Shown: piece by piece, positions 1 to 12,225 of the stretch
Layout: the number at the start of each line of letters is the position of its first letter
How positions within the stretch are numbered: the first letter of the stretch is position 1
Assembly (NCBI RefSeq): GCF_035594765.1
Contig: NW_026943824.1
Span: forward strand, 9,061,451-9,125,450
Reading direction: 5' to 3'
From: Anolis carolinensis
Taxonomy: Eukaryota
Length of the DNA stretch: 64,000 nucleotides
Made by a program: the position numbers and the translations under genes
Notes under the pieces: generated by a model
Seen by the model: the letters and a program-made list of their open reading frames with translations, nothing else
Told to the model about the DNA's origin: nothing
The model's database searches: none

Positions 1-205
1 GTTTCTCCCTTAAGCCCTCCATTTGTGCCTCTTCGAATTCTGCAGCACTGCTGGTCACAGCTGACCTCCAATTAGAGCGCTCAAGGGCCAGGGCTTCTCA
101 GTTCTCAGTGTCTATGCCACAGTTTTTAAGGTTGGCTTTAAGCCCATCTTTAAATCTTTTTTCCTGCCCACCAACATTATGTTTCCCATTCTTGAGTTCA
201 GAGTA
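1..205 (-). mobile_element. RTE-clade LINE 3' fragment
   Basis: Minus strand translates approximately YSELKNGKHNVGGQ..RFKDGLKANLKNCGIDTENWEALALERSNWRSAV, the typical C-terminus of an RTE ORF. Confidence 0.75.
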
Positions 206-497
206 TTCATGGAGCATGAAGCTATAATTGGCCACCAGCTACAATGGCTGGATGTTAGCTCCAGGATGAGAGGCTGTATGGCTGTCCATGTGCTATGCGT
301 GGTCTGAGCCTACCCTCAGAGTTGCAGTTCAACAGACTGTGGAACCATGCATTCTGTACCCTGTGATAGACTTCTAAGATGAAACTGAAACTTTGGTATA
401 CATTAAGGGATAGTATGATACACCCATCTTCTGCATAATGCCTATTAGACAGTTTCACAACATTACTTTGTGCTTGATAATGGAACTTTTTTTAACT

Positions 498-503
498 TTT
501 ATT
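498..503 (-). terminator. Candidate LYRM1 poly(A) signal AATAAA
   Basis: tttatt on the + strand about 175 nt past the LYRM1 stop codon. Confidence 0.55.
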
Positions 504-678
504 GATGAGTCAGTGGTTGGTTCTTACCAAATCCAAGACAGTTTCATAATGTTGTTACTTACTGCCAATTAGGGCTTGGAGAAATGTGTCATGAAGAGTT
601 AACTGCCCAGTTCTGTTTAGAAGTGAAATGCATCTGCTAAGCAGTCCAGGATGACGGGGGCAAAAGTCTGCCCTTGGG

Positions 679-2548
679 TTATGAGACTTCATCATGGGAT
701 TTCAAATAGACCGGTTTGGAGAGTTTCCTCAGCTTCTCTTGGTGTCGAAAGGCTCGGCCTTGTTGCTGAGCAAGGCCCATGGGAGGCAGGTGAATCTGCA
801 TGTACCAAGAAGGAAATCAAATTAATTAAGCAACACCCAATGTGGAAGCAGAAGAAATGACAGATGAAGATGCTGAGCTTTTACTTTCTGTGTGTTCTAT
901 CCCTCTTCTCATGAGGCTTCTAGAGCAGGAAAGCATTCTGAACAGGTTTGCCGAGAGTTTTCTGGGCTGTATGGCATGTTCCAGAAGCAATTGGGGTCAT
1001 CTATTGACACTGAATGATGGAAAATATAAACGTTACAACAGCAGCTTATAGTTAGGATGACAGGGTGGATGGGAGATATAGTCCAATGCACTTGGAGGAT
1101 ACCACGCTGCAGAAGACTCATTACTATTTTGTAACAATATGTTGAATTGCAAGACTATTTGTTTTTGGGTGCACCATGGCAAGTATTCTGCAAGGATAAG
1201 GAAGGAGTAGGTATAGCTTTGGAACGTTATCACTGTATTGTATGCCGTTTGCAGGAACATGAATGGCGAATCACTGGTGATTTGTTAGCAACTGAAGGCC
1301 AGTAATTATCATTTGAAATCTCAAAAGTTTAAGAATCAATGCTTCAGCGTAAATAGATACCACATTACCATCCTGATTCTTTAAGCAAAGATGAAAGGCA
1401 TAATTTTAATGACTCTTAAAAGTGGGACTGCTTGAAAATTACAGTCCTGACTCAGCGTGACTCATGGGCTGAACTCTAATTACAGGATGGCTCTAAGAGA
1501 AGCAAATGAGACTCTTTTGCTGGTTATGTCTCCCACGTATTGGAGATAAATCAGAGCTGGCCTACTATTAGACAGAATGAGATAACTAATTTAGGCCCAT
1601 TTTACCATGCAATCTTTAACTTGCTACTCATCCATCTCAATTTTCAATAACAGTTTATACATCTTACCAATCAAATGTTCATCATTTGTACATAGCTGCA
1701 AATCAAATGTCAATTTATTCTGTTCAAAAGTGTAAATTCATTTCTAGGACCTCTCTGTAGAAGTACCACTGAAAATGATCTGCCACAGGGAACAAAATGT
1801 TTTGGATGGGTCCTGAAATGAATAAATCCACTCCTCTAACATTCCAACTTACAGGCCTTGGATATGGGATGCGGTAGTGTAGCCCAATCTCTACTCTTGC
1901 TTGACACTCTTCTATACATTGTTTGATCAATTCAGGATCTGTTAGCTGAACATACAAAATAGGAGGAGAAAAATTAAACAGACAAGTGCAGCAAAAATGC
2001 TTTTTCTACTGAAAGTAGTCAACAACAAGAAATTCACAACAAGTAATTATAAAAAAGATTTCTAATTGATTTCTTTCAGATTTAAAATGTATTTGGACTG
2101 GACAGCTCTTTAAATAGAAAACTGTAATTTTACATTTCTTAAAATAGAGGACTGTACTCGGTCAAGTAAGGCTATATGGCCACTTAACTGTCTTATAACA
2201 TTCTGAACAAGGGATAAAGCTCTGACTGCAACATCCTGTCTTATCTGGAGGAATAAAAAGAAGGAGCAGCTTGTATAAAGGCACATATGTCCATCACCTG
2301 GGAGAAAACAGTTCTCTTGAACATGGAACCAAAATTTGAATGCGAAGCCACAATTATTCAACAACACACAAAGCCTAGTATATACTCACATTTTTATTCT
2401 TTTGGAATAATGTTTTGGCTTCATTTATAATATACTGTTTTTCTTTCATGGTCTCTTCCATCTGCCCAGATGCCGACTGCCATTTTTTGGCGATGCGGAA
2501 TATCTTACGGTAAAGGCCAAGAACTTTTTGGCGAGAGACTGGCGTCAT
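679..2548 (-). CDS. LYRM1: LYR motif-containing protein 1, spliced CDS complement(join(679..795,1853..1945,2390..2548)), 122 aa
   Basis: Exons translate [23 protein letters not shown]...FQKNKN / [31 protein letters not shown] / [41 protein letters not shown] motif present, all introns GT-AG and phase 0, length and sequence match human LYRM1 as recalled. Confidence 0.96.
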
Positions 2549-3087
2549 CTAGAGAAATGGGAACATAACCCATAAACATTTGAGTCCAGAGAAAAACAGA
2601 CCCTCCAAACAGATGGGACATTTTCACACACGCCTTAATTAGTTTTCAAATATTTTATTGGCTCTCTGGCTGAGCACAAAAAGAACCAGAAGAGGCAGCA
2701 AAGCACTATTATCTGCCAACTTCTACATTCTGCAATTATGATTTACCATGCACCAATGGAAGGATGGGGGTGTGGTGCATGGTAATAAATCTATGGTTCT
2801 GAAGCTTTGAAACTCAGGCTCAGTCAATTCCAAGGGCCAACTTTCCCACCCAAACAGCAGTGTACATGGAAAGTAAGTAGGTCACAGAGAAGGCCATTTC
2901 CAGGTGAAAAAGGCAAATTATCTGCTAGGGAATATTTTAAAAAGGATTGAAAATAAAACCTCAACTCAGCTGGTTGAAGAGTAATGGAACAGAAAGAATA
3001 CATGGACAATTCCTGCAATGAGGATGGCACATGTAAACAGAGGAATTCTCTGAAGATCTAGATTAAGTCCAGTGATTTTTTTTGTTG

Positions 3088-3229
3088 GGAGTGTTGTGTG
3101 GTTTCTGAGCTGTATGTCCATGTTCTAGCTACATTTTTTCCTGATGCATATGTGGTTGGCATCTTCCGAGTATCCGGAAACCACACAACACTCCAGTGAT
3201 TCCAGCTGTGAAAGCCTTCGACAATACAT
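3088..3229. mobile_element. Short degenerate inverted Penelope-like terminal fragment
   Basis: gttgtgtggtttctgagctgtatg...ccacacaacactccagtgattccagctgtgaaagccttcgacaa resembles the other Penelope pLTR copies in the window. Confidence 0.6.
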
Positions 3230-6200
3230 TTTTGCTGCTGTTCATGAACCAGTTAGAGGTGAGATATGGCACAGCCAGGTTTACACATGAATGCAGGACT
3301 TAATTATGGGTACACATGTCTTGGACTGCTTTTTAAGAATCCTTAGTCCTGAAACTAAATGTTGGGAAAGGGGAAAAATGGCTAGAAACTGGAGAGAGCC
3401 TAGCTCACACTAAATGGGAGCAGATGTGCTTTCCACTTGTGCAGAGGATGCACTGGATCCAGGCCAACAGCCCAATGGCCGGGGGAGGAAGCCTGCCCAC
3501 ACACAAAATAGTCACTCACAACCATCCTACAACCAAGAACAGACGCTCTCCTGTTGTCTGGAGCTGCTGATCTTTCCATGTCAATGTTTTCTGTGAACGA
3601 AAGGCTGTTTTTTATAGCCTGTCAATTCAGCGGTTCTCCCCTAAGTGAACATAATGCTCTCTTTCTGACTCTTCTGAGCAGAAGACTACCAATTGTTGTT
3701 TAAGGAGAACAGATGGCAAATGTTTAAATAGATGTTGATGACTTTGGGAGGCTGGAGGGGGAGGTTGGTGTTATTTTTATGCCGATTTGTCAGTGTAGTG
3801 ACTGAGCCAGCCATTCTGATGTCATGTCATCTAAGGAACACATTTTTGGCTTTCAAGACCACTTGGCTATTGGGCTATCTGCAAAAGCTATATTTTTCCT
3901 GGTCAAAGACCACAGTCTGATAGGGGAAACCACCAAGGCTCTGCAAGCCCACAGTGGGTAAAAATGAACTAACAGGCTTCTCTGGCGGCTTCTTGCCTTC
4001 GTATCCCACTTCCTCCCTGCCCAGTGAACTGCCCAATATTTATTGATTTGCATCACTGATATCCCAATTTTCTTCCGAGGACCTCAGGCTGGTATAGATG
4101 GTCTTCCTTCTTATTATCTTCATACCAAACCTGCAAAGTAAATTAGGCTAAGACAGGCTGTTTGATCCATGATCACTCAATTTCATTTGCATCTCAATTC
4201 CAAGGTAACTATCCACTCTAGAGTGCATTATACTAAACTTCAAACAGTGTCTCTTTTCTATTATCCTTGGGCTACTGTTCTAATGCACACACTACAGCAT
4301 CCTTATTTTGTTGTCATCTGCACTAAATTATAACATTTAGCTGTAGTGATAACCCCCAATTGCTCTGCAGCTGGGAAAAGGTGGCAGAAGATTGTTTACG
4401 CCACAAGGCCCCCAGTTGCATTAACAAGTCACTGGGTCAAATTAATCCCTGAAGTAGCATGAGCAAAGAGAGCCAACAGACAGACATCAGGGCTAGATGT
4501 AGAATATTCCTAAAAGGAAAAGCAAACACTGTTGTGTGCTTAGTTCCTGTGACACTGAGGGAGGATTTGAAAAGATCTCTTTAGCCCACTGCAGCCTCAA
4601 TGTCTTCAACTCCCCAAATTTATTTCCTGTCTTGGGCAACAGTCAATCTGGTTTAACAACACAGGGATTGGGAGGACATTACAAGCTTATCTCCTATGTG
4701 TTCTTGGCTTGAATTTGGACATAAAGAGGAGCAAGCGTCTGAATTCAACTGCTGAAATGGATATTACAATGAAAAGAGTATTTGTTCCCAGGTTGAAGAA
4801 CAGTTTAAGGGAGAAACCTACTCAATTTCCTCGCAGCATTTTAAAATGTGTTATAATTATTCTGTATAAAAACATATTTTTTTGTACAAAACACCTATTA
4901 TCTGCACAGAAAACACTTTCCCTGTGCATAAAATGTTTATATGCAGAATAAATAATTTCCAATATATCTGGACATTTGAATATAGGGAAAATACTGTAAG
5001 GCAATATCCATGTTTCCCTGCTGCAGGGAGAAATTACAGTAATTCTTATGTGCAAGGATGAAATAGCCAAGGATTCATGCCCCAGTATAAAGCTAAATGC
5101 AAATACAATAGATTTCAAACTTGTGTGTTTGGAAGGCTGGTGTCCATTGCAAGTTACACAGGCATGCTAAAAGATAAACATCAAAAAGTTCTGAGCTTGT
5201 TATTGAATTTCTGCAGCTATGGATTTCAAAGCCTGTCTTTCCCAATCCAGTGTTTTCAAGGCCTTAACTTTTGAGCAGATGCATACGCTATATTCACAGG
5301 GGATATGCCCCCGAAGCTTGTGTTGATATGTCAAACCGTGGACAATAGCGAATGCTATTGAAATGAAGGACTCCTGGCACAGGAGTATCAGAGTCCTGCT
5401 GGACTCAGAAAATGCCTACAGAGGATGTATTTTGCCATATGTGCATAAATGAAACTGTGGATATCAAGTGGGTATAGGAGTTGTACAATATTTTTTATGA
5501 AGAGGTACTGCTTTAGCTACCCAGGTCTCAAGAATGTTGAATTAAACTGATTTGACCATTCCCCCAAAGATCTCAGAAACAAACCAGGCCTTAATGCAGA
5601 ACAATAAATTGTGATCCAGATACATGGGATCATTTCGAAACACCCAACTTGTCTCTATGTCAAAGGCGCTGTCCAAAGGAGCTCTCTGATTTAGAGGGTT
5701 ACTGTTTATTTGGATACATTTGAATCTTCTATCTTAGTAGGGATGGATGGGATTCAGTTGATGGGCAGGATATAAAGATGCCAACCTTCTGCCCTCCCAA
5801 GCCCCCTCAAACCTAAAATCTACTAGGAAAATACCCTTCTCTTTGCAACTTCTCACAGATGCCTTCTATACTGCCATATACTGCAGTTAACTGCACTGAG
5901 GTGCATTATAATGGCCATGTAAGACATGGTATTTCAGTAAGTGCTCTTGAAAATTTTATTGTCTACATACAAAATATGAGCCACCTATTTTGCCCGGGAT
6001 CATTATCATGGGTGATTTCTCATGGCTGAGTCTGATTGTCTTCCAATGGCAGTCTTGAAGGCAGGCCCATTAGTGACTATGAACTCTTATTCTGAATCCA
6101 TAAGGTTCATTGCATTGAGGATATACATTTGAGGTGGAAGTATTTGCTTAATGCTCCTTTTTCCTCTTGGCATATTTCTCTCCTTTACTTTCCATTTGAG

Positions 6201-6309
6201 CATATTCAAATTTCCATAGCACTGTTGGTAACAGCAGAGGGCCAGAGCTTCCAAGTTCTATCTTGATGTGCATACCACATATTTTAAGCTGAGGCTCCAC
6301 ACAGCCATA

Positions 6310-6945
6310 GGGAAAGGTTTTCCTCTGACATTAAGTCCAGTCGTGTCCGACTCTGGGGGGTGGTGCTCATCTCCATTTCTAAGCCGAAGAGCCGGTGTTG
6401 TCTGTAGACACCTCCATGTGGCCACTGGCATAACTGCATGGAGCGCCATTAAAGTAGAGTCTCACTTATCCAACATTTGCTTATCCAACATTCTGGATTA
6501 TCCAACGCATTTTTGTAGTCAATGTTTTCAATACACCGTGATATTTTGGTGCTAATTTCGTAAATACAGTAATTACTACATAGCATTACTGCGTATTGAA
6601 CTACTTTTTCTGTCAAATTTGTTGTATAACATGATGTTTTGGTGCTTAATTTGTAAAACCATAACCTAATTTGGTGTTTAATAGGCTTCTCCTTAATCTC
6701 TCTTTATTATCCAACATATTCGCTTATCCAACGTTCTGCCAGCCCGTTTATGTTGGATAAGTGAGACTCTACTGTACCTTCACGCTGGAGCAGTACCTAG
6801 CGATCTCAGTTTGCATGTTTTTGAACTGCTAGGTTGGCAGAAGCTGTTGCTAATAACGGGAGCTCACCCGGCTCCCTGAATTCAAACCTGGCAACCTTTC
6901 GGTCAGCAAGTTCAGTAGCTCAGTGGTTTAACCCACAGCGCCATC
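6310..6945 (-). mobile_element. Sauria SINE interrupted by a 323-bp MITE
   Basis: ggttttcctctgacattaagtccagtcgtgtccgactctggggg... is nearly identical to the intact copy at 49116-49439; the SINE sequence resumes after the MITE at 6775. Confidence 0.85.
6452..6774 (+). mobile_element. Tc1/mariner-type MITE, 323 bp, copy 1
   Basis: TIR (c)agtagagtctcacttatccaac...gttggataagtgagactctactg with TA target duplication. Confidence 0.9.
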
Positions 6946-7013
6946 GGGCAGTTTGTAGTTTGTGTTTCTTCATCCTATTCCCTATGTGGCCAGTGGTTCA
7001 CTTGAAGTATGGT

Positions 7014-7394
7014 CAGGACCGGCCGGAGATAATTTAAAATATTAAGTGGGGGGGGGAAGCGCCCCCCCACCGGCGCCGCGGGAGGAGTGGCCATGTGCCG
7101 CAGGAGCCCCGCCTCCTGCGCCCTGGCCCCGCCTCCCATGCTGCGTGAGAGGCGGGGCCAGGGCACGCTGGGCGGGAGGCGGGGCACCGCCCTGACGGTG
7201 CCCCGCCTTCCGCCCAGTATGCCCTGGCCTGGCTGGCCTTGCCCAGCCGGCAGCGGCCATGTGGAGCTCGCTCGTCGCCGAACAGGCGAGTGGGCCCATG
7301 GTCCCCGCCAGGGCGGGGGAAGCCCGATGGCGCCCCCCGGGGACCTGCGCCCGAGGCGGCCGCCTCACGTGGCCTCCGTGGTGGGCCGGCCCTG
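7014..7394. mobile_element. GC-rich non-autonomous hAT (Tip100-like) element
   Basis: 11-bp TIRs caggaccggcc / ggccggccctg; 8-bp TSD agtatggt (7006-7013) / cgtatggt (7395-7402); internal inverted GGGGCGGGGC-type repeats. Confidence 0.8.
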
Positions 7395-7521
7395 CGTATG
7401 GTAATAACACTTTTCCTCTGGGTGGGTCTTTGTCTTTACTCTCATGGCTTGTTCTTGGTCTTGCATCTCTTCTGATGTCTGTGGTGGAGTCTCCATTGGC
7501 CTGTAGAGCCCAGTTTAGGTA

Positions 7522-7622
7522 GGTTTGTTGTGTGTTTTCCGGGCTGTATGTCCATGTTCCAGAAGTATTCTCTCCTGACGTTTCGCCCACATCTATGGCA
7601 GGCGTCCTCATAGGTTGTGAGA
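7522..7622 (-). mobile_element. Penelope-like pLTR fragment
   Basis: gggctgtatgtccatgttccagaagtattctctcctgacgtttcgcccacatctatggcagg is shared with six other copies. Confidence 0.8.
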
Positions 7623-7733
7623 TATTTACCAGTTTAGGTAGTTCGTCTTGGAGGAGGTGGGGCTGGCAGATTCCTTTTGCGTTGTTTGTCAAGGTAAAGT
7701 AAAATCCCTTCTTCCGCCCCACCATTAAAAGCA

Positions 7734-7994
7734 GGAACCTCCAGTGGCCTAGGGGATAAAAGCCTTGAGACTTGAAGGTTGGGTTGCTGACCTGAAGGCT
7801 GCCAGGTTCGAATCCCACCCGGGGAGAATCCCTCTATCAGCTCTAGCTCCATGCGGGGACCTGAGAGAAGCCTCCCACAAGGATGGTAAAAACATCAAAA
7901 ACATCCGGGCGTCCCCTGGGCAACATCCTTACAGACGGCCAATTCTCTCACTCCAGAAGAGACTCAGGTTGCTCCTGACACGAAAACAAAACCT
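7734..7994 (+). mobile_element. tRNA-derived SINE
   Basis: Pol III B box ggttcgaatccc, A-rich tail, 11-bp TSD cattaaaagca at 7723-7733 and 7995-8005. Confidence 0.8.
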
Positions 7995-8039
7995 CATTAA
8001 AAGCACAGGCCCTCAGGCCTCAAACAGGAGCCTTTCCAC

Positions 8040-8725
8040 CCGCACAGCCCTTGTTGCCTCCTTGGCGCCGCCATTTGACAGCCCCGGCACGAGCTCGAGC
8101 TCCCCCTGCCGGCCAGGGCAAAGATCTACGCATGCGCAGCTCATCCGGACTGTACCAATATGCGGCGGAGGGGGGGGGGGAGAATGGTGGCATACGCCGT
8201 CAACACCCTCTAATTTTAAAACTTTCTATATTGCCTTTATGGCACGGTTCGTCACCTCCCCACCGCCATTACTATTCCCCTCTGTTCTTTGTTATTTTCT
8301 CTTCACCGGAATGGTTCAACCCAACCGTCACTCACCTCAGTAGCCAGAAGATGTGAAGGAGGCGGAGGAGATAGGAGGGTCCTTTCTGCCCTTACGCTGC
8401 GTGCGGCGTGCTGACGCCACGGCGCTTCCAGCTGACTCCCCTGCGTGGCCACACCCCCCGGAAGTGATGCAGGGAGGCTGCGCTGGAGTGGGAGTCCTGG
8501 TTGCTGTGTGTGAGGCAGGCGCTGGTGTGGACGGATGGGGTGAGTGAATTGGACCGTCTCTCTTTCCGTCCACCTTTCTCCTCACAGAAGGAGCCCGAAG
8601 GAAGTTCGCTGAGGGGACTTGGAGGCCGTTCTGAGAGGCCCCTCTTTGCCCGGCTGAGGGGAACCGGGGCCCATAACCCTCTCATAAGCAGAGAAGATTC
8701 CAGTTTCCTCTCAGAAGGTGAGTTT
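8040..8725. promoter_or_regulatory. CpG-island bidirectional promoter of LYRM1(-) and DCUN1D3(+), with non-coding first exons
   Basis: CpG-rich. YY1 ccgccattt 8068-8076, NRF1-like acgcatgcgca 8128-8138, ETS ccggaagt 8458-8465. Minus-strand donor GAG|gtgagt at 8336; plus-strand gtgagt donors at 8540 and 8718. Confidence 0.75.
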
Positions 8726-8759
8726 CGAAGGAGTACCTAGCAGGGTTTTTCCCTTACAG

Positions 8760-8935
8760 CAGGAATGGGCCAAGTTGGGTCCTTCAGGTGTTTTGGACTT
8801 CAACTCCCAGCATTCCTCACAGCCTCAGGCCCCCGCTTAAGCGGCTGAGGGGGAAAAGGAAAGGGCCTGAGGCTGTGAGGAATGCTGGGAGTTGAAGTCC
8901 AAAACACCTGCAGGGCCCAACTTGGACTATGCCTG
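8760..8935. mobile_element. Palindromic hAT MITE
   Basis: Long inverted arms caggaatgggccaagttggg...cccaacttggactatgcctg; 8-bp TSD ccttacag / ccttagag. Confidence 0.8.
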
Positions 8936-9169
8936 CCTTAGAGGGTGTGTTATTGGAGAAAGCTACCTTCCCTCTTCTCTATGGCCTTCTAGTGGGCGCT
9001 CTATTGCAACTCCCAGCTGGCATGACCAGGCTAGCCCACAACTTGGGCCCCTGAGAGGTTAAAGGGGGTTGCTTCATAGTCAGTTGTGTTGATGCTTCCT
9101 CACAAGGTGATACAACTCCAAGTAAGTGTGTGTGTGACTATAAACAGCCTTGTCAAACTGCAAGAAGCC

Positions 9170-9330
9170 TTGTGATAATGCAGCATGCCTCAGCGCCCAG
9201 TGGAGGGTCTTTCTTTGGTGGCTTTTAAACAGAGGCTGGATGGCCATCTGTTGGGGGTGCTTTGAATGTGCATTATGGGGTTGGACTGGATGGCCTTGGG
9301 GTCTCTTCCAACTTATAGGATTCTACGATT
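9170..9330 (+). mobile_element. CR1 LINE 3' end fragment
   Basis: ggggttggactggatggccttggggtctcttccaact...attctacgatt, the CR1 terminal motif. Confidence 0.65.
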
Positions 9331-9528
9331 TGAAGATTTTTTTATCTTTCCTCTCTTGGCCCCCCTTCTCTTCATGATAAGTATCAAATGATCACTCAGA
9401 ATCGAATTTGGGGTGCTATTGAAGCTAAGGGGCGTGCTTACTGCTGAGTCGGTCTATATGAGACTGAGACCTTTAATCTTTGATTTGAACTAGTGAGTGC
9501 CATCTCAACTGCCATGGTGCGTTTATAC

Positions 9529-9654
9529 CAGACATGGGCAAACTTCGGCTCTCCAGGTGTTTTGGGTTTCAACGCCTACAATTCCTAACTGCTGTTAGGA
9601 ATTATGACAGTTGAAGTCCAAAACTCCTGGAGGGCCAGAGTTTACCCCTGCCTG
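9529..9654. mobile_element. Palindromic hAT MITE, short variant
   Basis: cagacatgggcaaactt...agtttacccctgcctg; imperfect 8-bp TSD gtttatac / gtttagag. Confidence 0.7.
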
Positions 9655-12020
9655 GTTTAGAGCAGGCAAGTGCTCACCTAAAGTGCAACACTTTCTCAGA
9701 TGTTCTGGGAATGTGAGTCAGGACTTCGTCTGGTTTTTATTTTCTGGGAGTTTCTTCTAAAACCAGGCATTAACAATCATCCAATGGGTGGAGATAGTTG
9801 TAACTTGATCTATTTCAATCCCATTGCTTTGTATGCCTGTAGTGTTTTGTCTTTAAAGTTTGTCCAAAATAGGTGTGGGCTCACTCTGTCTTTTGTCATC
9901 TCTCTGTTAGATGCATATTGGCATCTACGTTAATGCTTTTTGTTTTTGGAGTAATCTCTGCAAAAGTATACTGGAAGCATATAGGTCAGGCCTGAGAAAT
10001 ATTTGGCCACCCAGATGTTTTGGTGTCAAGTTCTCTTTGGCCCTTCTATAGCACGATTAATGTCATGAGATTGTAGAAACAGTAGTCCAAAATACCTGGA
10101 AGGCCAAGCCATTCCTCAGCCCAAATTAGCTTCTTTATCATGAGAAGTATCCCAGTTTATTAGGCTCTGGTACCAATACATGGTTATAAGGGTGGAGAGA
10201 CAGCATTCTTCTGATTGAATACTTGGTGCTTTGTAATAAAAGGGATAATGGTAAAAATATGCTTTGTTTTGTTGCTCAAGTGAAATAAAGAGAAATAAAG
10301 AGTGGGATTTCCCTAACTGTTGAAAATGTTTCTTCCCTCCCTTCCCCCTTTTAATTGGCTGGGTAGGAAACGTGCCGACAAAATGCCACATTCCAGTGTG
10401 ATTTGCTTTTCCAGTCATTATTCATATTCTCTTCCTATCTGAGGGGTGTGGAAGCAGCCTTTTCAAAAGCATAACGCCCTGCCCCCAAGGGAATTAGTGT
10501 TTATGTGAGTTCTGAGTTCAGAGGTGTGTGTTTCATGGAGTAATACTTTTCATTTTGAAAAAAAGTTCCACTTTTCTAATATCCTAAATATTTCCTTCAT
10601 GCAGCATATTACTTTGTTTCTCAACTGCTGCCTTTCTAAATAATGTCATGGATAGGCAGATTCATGAAAGTGTAACCCATAGCAATTGTGATTTAAATGT
10701 AAGCTACATCTTTCTATTCTTTTTTTTTAAAAAAAACCCAGAAAATTCTATAAGTTTATTTGGAAGGATGGTCCTAACTCTCTTAACCTAAGAGAGTTAA
10801 GGCTTCTGTTATTAGGAAGTGCTGCTTGTTTTAAAAAGGCTGACTATGGTTTATTTAAAGTTGTATATATAGTGATGGTTGATTCAGAAACTTTAGTGCA
10901 AGTTAATCATTTTTGTCAAAGAAGGCTGCTTGTTCAATGAAAAATGGCAAGCAATTGTTGTGAGCATTGGTTAAGCAAACATTAACTGGAAGCTGCTTCC
11001 TTTTATGGCTTCCATTGAGAAGAATATTTGCACTCTTTGGGCAGTTCGACTCAAACAATTGATGCTGTCTCTTCCAGTATGGCTTTGGAGTTTAATGGGA
11101 TACCTACCCTTTAAATTCTTTTAATGTCCGGTAGAACCGCAGTTTTATTCTAAATTTCCTGGGGGCTGTTTTCTTCAGTAGTTGCCCTGCTATACAGTAT
11201 TAGTTGGGACTTCTACATACAAAGCTTAACACTTATTTCTTAAGGAAGGTCTTCAGATTCATCTTCCTTTAGACATTAGTGCCATGTTTCTCTGCACTTT
11301 CCAGCTGGCATTCCTTTTCCCAGTTGGCCTTTCATCTTGACTGCTCTTTCCCATCCCATGCTGGTTAGCCTTGGGGAGGGGGTTGATTTGAATGCTTGGC
11401 AATTTGTATCACACATTAAGGAGGGGCTGGGCTTCTTTGCAGATGTATCCGGAGCCAGAGGGTTGGAGTAACTTGCATATATTAACTGCACATAATTACC
11501 ATAATTTGTAGGTCACTTTCACAGATGTGCCGGTGCCATGTTGCAACAGATACATGCATTGCACTCATATGATATTCTTGGTTTTGCCCTCCCCATCATT
11601 AGCAACACATATGAATGGGCTCTGGAAAGTATAAGGCTTTTAACATTCAAGTGAAGCCTTTCCAGCTCTGGAACTCAGTATGAACACCAAATCATACACA
11701 GCTGTCACTTTTACCCCCTTTTGTGATGGATTGGCTCTCTGTGTACTCTGTGGCATTGTCGAGTCCACAGTCTTAATAAGTGTTGATCTGAGGGGATTAC
11801 AGCCTCAATGACATCTAGGCATCACTGCCCTGTGTTATTTTTCTTCTGCTTTGTCATGTAACTGACAGTGTGCAACCAGACACTGTGCCATAGGAACTCC
11901 CCATCCCTTTTGTTTGTATGCATATGTTTCTAATTTTTTAAAAAGCACAATGCACCTTCAGGTGTCTCCCTATAATTGAGTTATGGGCCAACTTGTTATT
12001 TTATAGTTTGCTCTGTCAAA

Positions 12021-12225
12021 AGCCAAAATATCCTAATGGCACCAGATCCTGTCTGATCTTGAAAGCTAAGCAGGGTCAGTCCTGGTTACTACTTGGATGG
12101 GTGACTGCAATTAATATGTAATGCTATAGGCTATATTTAAGGGATATAAAATCACCTTTGAGTGCTCCTTGCTTGAGAAAAACCTATACAATTATAGGGT
12201 TATCAGAAATTGACAGGCATACACA
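12021..12225 (+). mobile_element. 5S rRNA-derived SINE (5S-Sauria type) or 5S pseudogene, degenerate
   Basis: ccagatcctgtctgatcttgaaagctaagcagggtcagtcctggttactacttggatggg...tgctataggct aligns to 5S rRNA with many substitutions and is followed by a non-5S tail. Confidence 0.75.

Noticed and set aside
7042-8343. Long ORFs of 258 aa (-) and 192 aa (+) and overlapping shorter ones
   Set aside because: They run across a hAT element, a Penelope fragment, a SINE and the CpG island; these are stop-poor GC-rich artefacts with no recognisable domain
12021-12132. Functional 5S rRNA gene
   Set aside because: Many substitutions, a damaged 5' end, single copy, and a SINE-like tail instead of a T-run terminator
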